Assembly: GCF_000143415.4 (NCBI RefSeq)
Contig: NW_003314366.1
Span: 186,001-250,000 of the forward strand
Direction of reading: 5' to 3'
DNA: 64,000 bases
DNA from: Selaginella moellendorffii
Taxonomy: Eukaryota; Plantae; Lycopodiophyta
Positions 38,418 to 49,116 of this stretch are shown one piece after another; the stretch's first letter is position 1; every line of letters starts with the position of its first letter. Under the pieces are notes generated by a model that did not search any database, was not told the DNA's origin, and saw only the letters and a list, made by a program, of their open reading frames with translations. Both the position numbers and the translations under genes were made by a program.

Positions 38418-41366
38418 ATGAGCAAGAGGCGCTTGCTTGCGTGGGAGGACGAGATCGCTTATCGGCTGCGGCAATGCGGGGACGCGAAGGATCTCTCGTG
38501 GGGCAAGCTCATTCACGCGTCCATTCTCGACTCCACCGAGCTCCTCCCCACGTATCTCGGCAATCTGTTGATCCAGATGTATGGCAAGTGTGGCTGCCTG
38601 GACCAGGCCCACGCCGTCTTCTGCAGCCTCGAGATGCCCAACCTCTTCTCGTGGAACATCTTGTTCCAAGCGTATGCCGCGAACGGGCATACACGGCGAG
38701 CGAGAGACTTGTTTCAAAACATGCCGCAAAGAAGCGTTGTGACGTGGAATGCAATGGTGAACGCTTTGGCTCAAGATGCGCAGCTTGACCAGGCTTGTGC
38801 CGTATTCAATGTAATGCCCGCGCGAGACGTTGTGTCCTGGAATGGACTTGTTGCAGCATATGCCGCAAAGGGGCATTTTTTTTTATGCCAGGACTTATTT
38901 GATCTGATGCCGCAGCGCGACGAGGTCACCTGGACCGCCCTCGTGTCTGGTCTTTCTGAAAGTCAAAGGCCGCTTGAGGCTGCTAACGTATTCGCTTTAA
39001 TGCCACACTGGAATGTTGCGGCAGCGACGACTATGATAGCAGCAAATGCCCAGATGGAAAATCTGGATGAGGCTGCTAAGACTTTCGGGAGAATGCCGCA
39101 GCGAAATGTAATTTCCTGGACGACCTTTCTTGATACATATGCTTGCAAGGGGCTGCTAGCTTTTGCCACGCAGATTTTCGACCGAATGCCGAAGTGGAGC
39201 CTTGTAAGCTGGACTGTCATGGTGCAAGGATTTGCGCAAGGCGGCAACCTACACGAAGCAAAGCTCTACTTCAACAACATGCCGGAACGAAACGATGTCA
39301 CTTGGAATGTGATGCTCTCTTGCTACGCCCAGAGCTTTCACAACCACGATCAAGCTCTGGAAATCTTCCAGAGAATGCCCCGCCATGACGTTGTGTCGTG
39401 GACTGTGATGATCCAAGCTTTTGGCCAGCAAGGCGACGTTGGAGAGGCTAGAAGTTTCTTCGACAAGATGCCGAGTGTGAGCTTGGTGTCGTGGACGACG
39501 ATCATCGTGACCTACGCCCAAAATGGTTATCTAGACGAAGCAAAGTCCGTGCTGGAAAAAATGCCGCTTTGGGACCTCGTTCCTTGGAACGCAATGGTTA
39601 CCGGGTACGCTGACGCTGGTCACTGCTGTGCTGCAAAGGATTGCTTCGACACGATGCATCATCGGGGAGTGGTGACCTGGAACTCGATGATCCAGGCTTA
39701 TGCTCAAGCTCGCGATCGTATCAACGACGCGGAGGCTGTTTTTGAGAGGATGCCACAGACCGACATCGTTTCCTGGAACTGTTTGATGGGAGCGTATTCT
39801 CAAAACGGTAATTTCTCGCAAGCAAAGTGGACATACAATCGAATGCCGGACCGAGACGCTGTTTCTCACGCAGGAATCATGGCTAGCTTGTCGGGGATTG
39901 GCCAAGTCGAGGAAGCTCGAGTAGTGTTTAGCAGGATGGTCGGCAAAGAAGTGGCTTCCTGGCTCGCTTTGATGCAAGTGTTTGCTGCAAATGGTCGTCA
40001 CCAAGAGGCAAAAGAAGTTTTTGGCAGGATGCCACGGCACACAGTCTCCTGCTGGAACGCTATCGTTTCGGTCCTCGCAAGCAGTGGAGATTTGGAGGAA
40101 GCCTCCAACACTTTGAAAGCGAAAATGCCAGAACAGAACACCCTCTCGTGGAACATCCTGCTGAACGCTCACGTCCACCAGGAGAGCAGCGAGCTCGATA
40201 CTGTAAAAACGCTGTTTTTCGAGGCACCGGCCAAGAACTCCTCGTCGTGGAACGCCCTAGTGGAAGCTCACGTCCACAACGACGAATTCCAGCAAGCCAA
40301 GGCCATCCTCCTCGCCAAAATCCCGCAGTGGAACATGTACGTGTGGAACGTCTTGCTCACGGGGTTTTCTCACAGTGGTTTCATGGACGAGGCCGAGTGG
40401 AGCTTTGAAACAATGCCGTACAGGGACGTGATCTCCTGGACCGCAATCATCACCGCGTGCTCGCAAAACGGCCTCGCCAGGAGAGCTCTCGACCTCTTCC
40501 AGGCGATGAAGATCGAAGGCATCGATCCCGATGGAGTAACTTTCGTGAGCGTCTTGAGCGCCTGCAGCCACGAAGGACTGATGAAACAGAGCCGGAGCTA
40601 CTTCCTCTCTATCGCCGGAGACCACGGATTGGATCACAGGAAAGAACATTACTGCTGCATGGTGGACAGCCTCGGACGATCCGGCCGCCTTGATCTTGCC
40701 GAGGAGCTCATCACCACCATGCCGTTTCGCCCAGATGGAGTGGAGTGGGGAATGCTGCTCGCTGCTTGCAAGCTCCACCGCGATGGTGATCGCGGAGCTC
40801 GAGCTGCCGAGCGTGTCTTCGATCTCGATCCAGGAAACGTTGCTCCTTATGTGCTCCTCGCCAACATCTACGCAGTGCTCGGCAAGCACGACCAAGTTGC
40901 CGCGGTGAGAAGGATGATGATCGCCAGAGGTGTGAAGAAGCAGCCGGGAGTCAGCGTGATCCGGCACGATGGCTCGCTCCATCGGTTCGTGGCTGGAGAT
41001 TTATCCCACCCTCGATCTCCAGAGATCATTGCGGAGCTGGATCGGCTGAGCGCTGGGATCAAGGAAGCTGGCTACGTTCCAGACACCATCGAAGTTTTGC
41101 ATCACGTCGCTGAGGAAAGCAAGGACGAGCTGCTGTGCCACCACAGCGAGCGGCTTGCGATCGCGTTTGGGTTGATGGTGATCCAGGACGATCGCGCCAA
41201 TCCACGCAAACCAGTGCGGGTGCTTAAGAACCTTAGAGTTTGCTCGGACTGTCACAGCTTCACGAAGCTCGTGTCTAAGCTGGTTGTCAGGAAGATCATC
41301 GTGAGAGACGCTAGCCGGTTCCATCACTTTGAGCATGGGAAGTGCTCATGTGGAGACTACTGGTGA
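38418..41366 (+). CDS. PLS-class PPR protein with E and DYW deaminase domains (organellar C-to-U editing factor)
   Basis: About 20 tandem ~31-aa repeats (MP.R.VVSW...), EHYCCMVDSLGRSG, KKQPGVS, HSERLA, CSDCH and terminal CSCGDYW. Confidence 0.96.
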   Translation: MSKRRLLAWEDEIAYRLRQCGDAKDLSWGKLIHASILDSTELLPTYLGNLLIQMYGKCGCLDQAHAVFCSLEMPNLFSWNILFQAYAANGHTRRARDLFQNMPQRSVVTWNAMVNALAQDAQLDQACAVFNVMPARDVVSWNGLVAAYAAKGHFFLCQDLFDLMPQRDEVTWTALVSGLSESQRPLEAANVFALMPHWNVAAATTMIAANAQMENLDEAAKTFGRMPQRNVISWTTFLDTYACKGLLAFATQIFDRMPKWSLVSWTVMVQGFAQGGNLHEAKLYFNNMPERNDVTWNVMLSCYAQSFHNHDQALEIFQRMPRHDVVSWTVMIQAFGQQGDVGEARSFFDKMPSVSLVSWTTIIVTYAQNGYLDEAKSVLEKMPLWDLVPWNAMVTGYADAGHCCAAKDCFDTMHHRGVVTWNSMIQAYAQARDRINDAEAVFERMPQTDIVSWNCLMGAYSQNGNFSQAKWTYNRMPDRDAVSHAGIMASLSGIGQVEEARVVFSRMVGKEVASWLALMQVFAANGRHQEAKEVFGRMPRHTVSCWNAIVSVLASSGDLEEASNTLKAKMPEQNTLSWNILLNAHVHQESSELDTVKTLFFEAPAKNSSSWNALVEAHVHNDEFQQAKAILLAKIPQWNMYVWNVLLTGFSHSGFMDEAEWSFETMPYRDVISWTAIITACSQNGLARRALDLFQAMKIEGIDPDGVTFVSVLSACSHEGLMKQSRSYFLSIAGDHGLDHRKEHYCCMVDSLGRSGRLDLAEELITTMPFRPDGVEWGMLLAACKLHRDGDRGARAAERVFDLDPGNVAPYVLLANIYAVLGKHDQVAAVRRMMIARGVKKQPGVSVIRHDGSLHRFVAGDLSHPRSPEIIAELDRLSAGIKEAGYVPDTIEVLHHVAEESKDELLCHHSERLAIAFGLMVIQDDRANPRKPVRVLKNLRVCSDCHSFTKLVSKLVVRKIIVRDASRFHHFEHGKCSCGDYW

Positions 41367-41801
41367 TCCTGCTTTAGAAGCTGATCGTTTTGCCTTCTCA
41401 TAACTCACAATTGGATTGATCCTTCTGTGGAAGAAGGAGAATATTTTGGTACACTAAATAATATTTTGTTAACGTTTTAATAGCTGGATGGATATATTTA
41501 GAATATATTTGGTTATTTTAGGATATTCTACCTTGTTATTTATTTAGATTAATTTTGCATTTATAAATTACAAATAAGCTTATAATTATAAAATTTATTT
41601 GATTAATTAGATTAATAAGTAAGAATAACACTACTATTAAGCAAACCAAGCGTTGTTACATGCAACACATAGCAATTTATCCTAATATCTAATCTTAATT
41701 GTATTTAATAGAGGTTTTGCCTTATAGAAATTATTATTTTAATATTTAATAATTAGTATTTATATGAATTATTTAAGCTACTTTATAATGTATATTATAT
41801 T

Positions 41802-41977
41802 TGTGATTGCATGGAATATGGAAAAGGAATATAGAAAATGTGTATATCAATTAGCCCAAAAACCCTAGCTTATATATAAGAGCAAGTGGTTCGGATTAAA
41901 ACCAATCCGATGGCTACCAAAATCCCATTACACTAATATTAGTGTACGGCATTGTAGTTGTACACTTGGACCTTACA
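41802..41977 (-). repeat. 3' LTR of the outer gypsy element
   Basis: TG...CA ends; similar to 59280-59440; polypurine tract adjacent. Confidence 0.85.
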
Positions 41978-44651
41978 TCATCCCCTTCTCTCAGAATGAT
42001 AGAAGACTATTAGGGTTCTCTTATAGATAAGCCAGGATCTAGAGGAATGTCAGGAGAAGGCATTAGTGGATTTGTAAGTAGTATTAGTTATTCCGGATCC
42101 CTTTATACAAAACATTTCAACTGTTGTGCATGCACAATTTTTGGAGGATCGGCCTGTTGGACGTTATACCAAACTTCATAAACTTATGATCCAACTTGCT
42201 ACAACACTTGATACGGTCCTTTCCATTGAGCAAAAAGCCCCTTAAATAAATCACATACCATAAGATAGGGAAAACAGACTAACACTAAGTCATCCACTTT
42301 ATACTCCACAAGTGGACGATGATGGGAGTTGTAGTATCGTTGTTGTCCCACTTGTATGCGGCCTAAGTGTTTAGCAGACTCTGCTCAGACAAGTGGAAAA
42401 ATGTTTTTCAAATACTAATCCTATGACTTAGCATCGGTAGCTCGTGGCAATCACGAAGGTAAACCCAACTTCATTGGTAATATTGGAGTATGACTATATA
42501 GAAGTTTATATGGTGAAGCATCAACAGAACTCTGCACCCTTGTGATATATACATACTGAAGAGATGGCAAATAATTATCCCAATCCGAATGGTAGGCATG
42601 GAGAAACTGTGGAATAAAGACAAAAGACACCACCAGCTATAAATGATCATCAGGATCTGTCCCCATAAAATAAAAAAGGGCGTCTTTAGGGCGATATTCA
42701 AAATGTAAATGCTGGAAAGACAAGTCATCAGCAAGTCATCCTCAGGATTCTCAAACTCATTTCAAAGCATTCAAATTTATGGCTCAATCTTTTGAGCCTT
42801 GCGAACTTCATCAAGAGAAGGTAGATCTTGCTCTACACCTTGTGGACACTAAACGTCAAGTACAGGAACTGCCAACAGCACAAAATTCTTATTTAGAACA
42901 TTCACAAATGTTGGAATAATAGGCTCGTCATAAACATAAAAAAAGAGTGAAGAAGGAAAAGGAGCTCGAAAAAGGGTATCAGCATCAGCCATAACACTCC
43001 CTGAGCAATGAATAACATTAAAATTATATGTCTGAAGCTTCAAAGCCCATCGAGCAATATGACCAACTAGGTTCTTTTGCTTCAATAATGAAGTAATGGC
43101 AATATGATCACCTTCTAGTAACGTCTGAGAACCATGTAAATATGCATGAAGTTTCTTGAAACCCTAAACTGCTATTAAACACTCATCTATCGTAAAGTAG
43201 TTCATCTTCACCAGTTGTAATATATATCTTATAAAAACAATAGGATGGCATTGACCAAGCACACTTGCATCAACACAACTCCAAGACCAATATCAGAAGC
43301 ATTCACGCACAAAATAAAAGGTCGAGTGTAGTTTGGATATGCCAACACTAGAGGAGTCGTCAATAGCTCTTTGAGATCTATGAACGCCCACTCACAATTT
43401 AGAGATCAGATGAAAAATGACATTGACGCCTTCAACAACGCTCATAGTAGTGCAGTGCAATTAGAAAGATGATCCACAAAACGACTAAGATACTGCACCT
43501 TGCTTAAGAAGCGTTGCACATCATTCACACAGTTCAGAGTAGGGAACTTTAGAACAGCCAAATCAACTTGCAAACCCTCACAAGAAATACAGTACCCAAG
43601 ATAAGTTGTGTTCTTGGACCCAAATACGCACTTCGACCACTTCAACTTTAAACCAATGTCCTGTAGTCGATCTAACACTTTACAAACATCATGGACGTGC
43701 TCTTCCTATGTCCCCTCCGAGTGGATCAAGACATCATCAATGAAGTCAGTAATCACCTCCACATATCGCAAAGAACCTTGTCCATCATCCGCTGGAAAAT
43801 TGCTGGAGCATTGTTCAAACAGAACGGCATCACTAAAAACTTGTATAAACCAAATGGTGTATAAAAAGCAATCTTAGGAATATCTTCTTCGGCCATCGAT
43901 ACTTGCTAGTACCTAAAAGCAAGATCCAACTTAGTGAACCAACGACTTCTCCCAAATGATCCAAGAGATCAGCAGTGTGAGGAAAAGGGTACATATTTAG
44001 GATCATCAAGGCATTTAATGGATGATAATCAATGCAGAAATGAATACTCTCATTAAGCTTTGTCACAAGATAATGTTCAAATACCCAAGGACTCCACGAC
44101 TTCCGAATAACACCTTTCTCTAACATCTCCTTGACATTTGCACGTAAAATCTTGATTTCTTTGGGTGACCAACAACAAATAAGAACTTTAATTAGGTGAG
44201 CATTCCCGGTTGGAGTAGGATGATGTGTGGCAATTTTGGCCTCAGATGATAGGTTAAATTCAAAGAGATCGGAATACTCTTTTATGAGCCAGTCAACCAC
44301 TGCAACACAAAGACTGTCAGAGGGATTGGAAAAGGGAAGAGCAGAACAATACGGAAACATAGGAGGAAGTAGTGGGGGGACAAAAGTAATAGAAGTAGAG
44401 GTAGAAGTAGAGGGATGAAGAAGTACAGAAAAGCTCTATTTCGTTAAAGTGGGAATTGTCATTATCCCACTTGTAAAATAAGGTTTCCAAACCTTTATAT
44501 AGTATATAAATATAACAAAATTCAACTGCATTGAGGCACATGCCATTTTATTTTAAACAAGGAAATGTCTACTCAATCACTTCTCCTCCCCCTGCCACTG
44601 CTTCACCTCTCTCTTCTCCTTGTCATCGTCGTCCAATTTCTTTCCATCCTT

Positions 44652-46310
44652 TTAATATTGGCTCAGTTGCTCCGAGTCTAGGTGGAGCCCAAGTCCCCAT
44701 TCAATCTTTAAGATCCAATCCTTCAATAGCGCACGAGCTCTCAGAGTCGTGCACAAGTCCTCGTATGTCACAATATGGCCGGGAGTCATTTTGGTCTTGT
44801 TGAAGACAACCTCACCACGTAGAAGAGCATTAGCCACTGTCAGAAGGTCGTCGTCGTCTAGAGACCGCGAGAAACGCAAGGCGTTGAGCTTCAAATCATT
44901 GGGCTTCCGGCCGTCCTCCACACCCATTGAGTTTGGCAACTCCCCGTCATGGTACCTCCTCAGCACATCTACCCATTTGTCAAAAACAACTTTTGTCGCG
45001 AGTAGAATGTTATGGATGCTGAGTGTGTCATTGACCCCCAGTGTTTTCGAGAGAAGACTCGAGAATTCCTGCAATGGAAATGGCGTGAGGCCACATGCTA
45101 TGCCACATACAACGAGGCTTACCTGCCAGGCGCTAGTTGCTAGTGCACGTCCTTGTCCTGGTTTTTGTGGCTTCTTCAGTTGAACCCAGAGCTTCCGTGT
45201 TCGTGCCAATGTCTCGTGCAGACCCGATTTGTAGCACGTTTCTTGCTTGACATTCTGCGCGTGGGAGATGTATATGATAGATCGGAGGGGCGAGTTGCCT
45301 TTTATCAGGCGGACAACTCTTGTCTTGAAGACTTTCTTCACCTCCTCGCCCACCATAATATCCACAGCTATCTCTTGCATCGCCAAGCTAGAATGCTGCC
45401 CGGAGACGGCATAGAACCGGATGTTCTGATCGTCCAACACCTTCCTATTGATCAAGTCTGGAAACCTCATCTCGCCCTTCATTTTTTGGTAGTAGGGGAT
45501 CACGTTTGCGATGTCGGGTGTTACTGGACTTGCCAGCATCTTCTGCTTCAATTTCTCCACCCACTCATCAGATACTAGCCTGTGGTTGTATTTGCTTTGG
45601 ATGTCGATACGGCTCACGTCGATTGTATATACTTTGTTGGAATAGTAACAAGTACTATTATCTGCGACAATTTTTGCTGCCTCTTCTTGCTCTTTCTGCT
45701 CTTTGCGGCTCTTCTTTTTGGTGGGTGTAGTGTTCGAACCCGAGGCAATGGCATCACTGAGTAGCTTCTTTTTTGGAGCAGGAGAGTCGGACGTCGGCTT
45801 GAGCTTGACCACCCTTTTCTGCTTCGAGGTAGTTTCCAGATCGACCCCCTTCCCCTTTGCTTCGCGAACTGGAGTCACTCTCAACGGCTCAATGTTGGAA
45901 TATAGTTTTTGAACATCGCCGTAGGTGAGGTCCGTGGATTCCATGTGATCTTCATAGACCCGCAGCGTCTTTGAAATTGTGGGCCTCCTGGACAACCTCT
46001 CCCTAGCTCCCTCTAGGAATTCCTCATAGCCGCTGCCCCCCTCCGGGAAGCCGCTAGGATGTGCAAGGTGGATCTTGAAGGCAGACGCTGTCTCTACCAG
46101 AAGTGCCAGTCCATATTCTTGCATGGAACTGCATGGAGTGTCTGTCACTTGGATGAGGATCCCCATGCATTCTTTTCTCCCACCATCTGTGTTGTACAGC
46201 TTCAGATCCTCGCCTTCCATCCCGAAAGTCCAACTGGTGAGCTCCTCCCCCTTCTCTACATCCACATTGACAGTGGCTGGAAGAAGAACGCAATTCCTCG
46301 CCTGTTCAGA
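44652..46310 (-). CDS. Element-borne protein with a ParB/Srx-like domain; probably 3'-truncated; in-frame 54-nt intron at 45069-45122
   Basis: YTIDVSRIDI...NHRLVSDEWVEKLKQKML...FYAVSGQHSSLA resembles the ParB-N 'R...V..L...I.....DGxHR' pattern, followed by a helical region. Confidence 0.6.
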   Translation of the reverse strand, partial: SEQARNCVLLPATVNVDVEKGEELTSWTFGMEGEDLKLYNTDGGRKECMGILIQVTDTPCSSMQEYGLALLVETASAFKIHLAHPSGFPEGGSGYEEFLEGARERLSRRPTISKTLRVYEDHMESTDLTYGDVQKLYSNIEPLRVTPVREAKGKGVDLETTSKQKRVVKLKPTSDSPAPKKKLLSDAIASGSNTTPTKKKSRKEQKEQEEAAKIVADNSTCYYSNKVYTIDVSRIDIQSKYNHRLVSDEWVEKLKQKMLASPVTPDIANVIPYYQKMKGEMRFPDLINRKVLDDQNIRFYAVSGQHSSLAMQEIAVDIMVGEEVKKVFKTRVVRLIKGNSPLRSIIYISHAQNVKQETCYKSGLHETLARTRKLWVQLKKPQKPGQGRALATSAWQVSLVVCGIACGLTPFPLQEFSSLLSKTLGVNDTLSIHNILLATKVVFDKWVDVLRRYHDGELPNSMGVEDGRKPNDLKLNALRFSRSLDDDDLLTVANALLRGEVVFNKTKMTPGHIVTYEDLCTTLRARALLKDWILKIEWGLGLHLDSEQLSQY

Positions 46311-46719
46311 AATGCACAACAATTAGAGCTGACAGATGAAAAGCTAGTAGCTGGAAATAACGTGAGGCCACACGCCATTCACCACTGCATCAGATGTCTT
46401 GAGGCTGCATCCTAAGATGGCATGAGGCTACACGCCATCTGTAACCGGACTGCACTCGAGAGCCCAATCGGTGCATGCCAATGTTGCTACTGAATGGCAT
46501 GTGGCCTCATGCCATTTTCTACTTGGCCTAAAAGACTTACCATTTGAAGCCGAATGGAGGCGTGACAACCGGACTCGCTGGCGAATGTGCACTGTGTGTG
46601 CAGCGGATTGTAGCAGCAAGGCTACTCTGCCACTTACAGTTGGAGAGTGGCGCTGAAATCTCCCGGGACGCCAAGTGGGCTGCGTGTGGGTGGCGGAGTG
46701 GGCGGCGGAGTTGGCGGCG

Positions 46720-46900
46720 AAGTTACAAACTGGGTGTGTCTTGAAGTGGACGCCGATGCACACGAGCGCGATGCGAGCGTGATGCGAGCGCGAGTGTGAT
46801 GCAAGCGCAAGTGGACGCCGATGCACACGAGAAACCTATAGAGAAGTGGGAGCGCGAGTGGGAGCGCGATGCGAGCGCGAGTGTGCGAGCGCGAGTACGA
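46720..46900. repeat. CpG-rich degenerate short repeats (gcgagcgcga...)
   Basis: Direct reading; aagtggacgccgatgcacacgag occurs twice. Confidence 0.75.
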
Positions 46901-47789
46901 AGCAAAATGCAAAACCTAACCTCACACGCGTGAAATGTCACGACGGTTGGTAATCCCGCCACGTCATCATTTCTCGGACTTGGGCGCCACTATTAATTTC
47001 TGGATTGGCGCGCGCATGCGTGAAATCCAAAAGAAATCCGCAACGTCATCATTCCTCGGACTGCATGCACGCGAAATCCAAAAGAAAGATCATGATTGGG
47101 ATATCATTTAATACCCTCACTATATTTATACCATGCATGATTGGATATTCCAAAGCATTTTGTATTTCCAAAAATGCCAAATGTTCAGCTAAATAAATTG
47201 TCAGAGGATGACGTTCAAGCATGTGGGCTCATGCAATTTTGATCCCAAAAAATGCACCAAAAAATGCTTGGCGTCATCTGGTGTTATCTCTTGAATGGCG
47301 TGGGGCCGCATGCCATTTTCAGGAGCACATAGGAGTATATTCCTAGAATATTCTGACACGCGCGAGATTGTTTTGAGTTTCCTGGAGATCCAACCGTTAG
47401 ATCGCAACTAAATTTTACAGAATGGTATACAATGTCCTTCTTGATGACCCTGCAAAGAAGCATCTCGATCGGACACCACATGAGACCACACGAGCCTTAC
47501 AATGTTTCAGGGGCATTTGCCATAGATCCGACCGTTATTTTGCTCCAAGATTCTACAGTTTGGTGTGCATTGACCTTTCCATCGACACTGCAAAGGGACA
47601 TCACAATCAGATGCGGGATCACAAGAAACCAACTTCACTAACTCTGGTTTCACCAAGATCTACGTAAGGAGTTATGAAATGAAAGGACCCTCTCTATTGA
47701 AATGTGTTTATGGTCCTAGGGGCATTGTGACATATCAAAGGATTTTGCATCAAGTTCTGTATTTGCATGTTTATCAAGCTACTGAATTG

Positions 47790-47821
47790 CTAAACCCTAA
47801 ACCCTAAACCCTAACCCTAAA
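47790..47821. repeat. Interstitial plant telomeric repeats (CCCTAAA) x ~4
   Basis: ctaaaccctaaaccctaaaccctaaccctaaa. Confidence 0.9.
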
Positions 47822-48619
47822 CATGTGGCAAATGCTGCGTGAAGAAAGATGCCCTTTCTGGGAAAATGCTGTAAGAGGCAGATTCCGAGCAGATGTATCT
47901 CAGGCCAGCGAAGGGGACAAACGAAAGCTAGCTATAAACATGACGGGATGCAAATAGATTACTAGGCTGGTCCTGCGAAAATCAAAAACCATAATTGAAA
48001 ATATTGAAAATGCAAAAAGAAAGGTTTATAATATTTTTGAATTTTAAGCAACCAAATGAATGTAAGTAGGGCATGTGTTTGTAAGTTTAAAAATGCCTCA
48101 ACCACTTAAATTCCCAAGTAAATAAAGCTGTTTCTATTTTTGGTACAGGTAAACTTTATAGCGTGTGGGCTCATGCAATTTTGAACCCAAAAATGCACCA
48201 AAAAATGCTCGACTAGCATTATTCTTTGAATGGCATGTGGCCTTATATTGCCATAAATGGACGTACACACACAGCATAATTATTCCTTTACACGGCGAAT
48301 AATCTTGGTGCGGATCGCTGACATGGCATGGCAAAGTTCGAATCACTGACATGGCACAGCTGGATCGAGGCAAGGACATGATGTGACAAAGTTTAACCTC
48401 CGACAGCAAAGTCTAGAAGCTACTCAGTTTGAAATTTGTCAGAGGAATCATAAGATCTGGTTTGTCAGAGGATTTGATGTGACGTTCAAGCATGTGTTAT
48501 TTTTGAATTCTCGAACTCATTCCTAGGTCTATCATTTTTGTGCGCCGTGTTCTTGGTTCCGCTGAGCGCAGTGAGCGCTGCTTGTGTAAGCGGCGTTGTG
48601 AGCTGTGGTTTATGCGTCT

Positions 48620-48752
48620 ACAAGCGGTTGCGGCATTGCGAGCGCCATTGCGAGCGGCAGTTTATGCGAGTGGCAGTTTGTGCGAGCGGCGCTACGAGCA
48701 GTTGCGGTGTTGCGAGCGGCGCTACGAGTAGTTGCGGTGTTGCGAGCGGCAC
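48620..48752. repeat. GC-rich minisatellite (30-bp unit gcgagcggcgctacgag.agttgcggtgtt)
   Basis: Two full tandem units plus partial units upstream of the transposase. Confidence 0.8.
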
Positions 48753-49116
48753 TGTCTTTGGTGTGGCTACCGCTTCCTCTTGATATTCGGCAATTGTGCT
48801 TCCTGGTATGTTCACCATGGAATGGTTTAGGACCACATTTAGAAATGGCATGAGGCCACATACCATCTTGGGCCCTTGCAATTTCATGGCTAGCGTATTG
48901 TCATGTATGTTTTTACTTGCCTGCAGCTGTGTGTATATCAAGATGGCATGAGGCCTCATGCCAATTTTGTGAATGCGAAATTTCACGTGGGTGTCAATAG
49001 CATGTTTGAATAATGGCATGTGGCCTCATGCTATTGAGGTTGTTTGGTATGTTATGATTTAGGCCATTCTCCAATCATTTTTTGTATGGTCTTAACTTCT
49101 TTTCTGCACTTTCAGA

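Noticed and set aside
44430-44475. Helitron 3' end
   Set aside because: A hairpin is present but there is no CTRR terminus and no Rep/helicase; the linked enzyme is a DDD transposase.
44652-46322. Bacterial contamination or prophage as the source of the ParB-like gene
   Set aside because: The gene has GT-AG introns, is nested in a plant retroelement and is present in two diverged copies.
47790-47821. Chromosome end
   Set aside because: Only about 4 units, internal to a mobile element.
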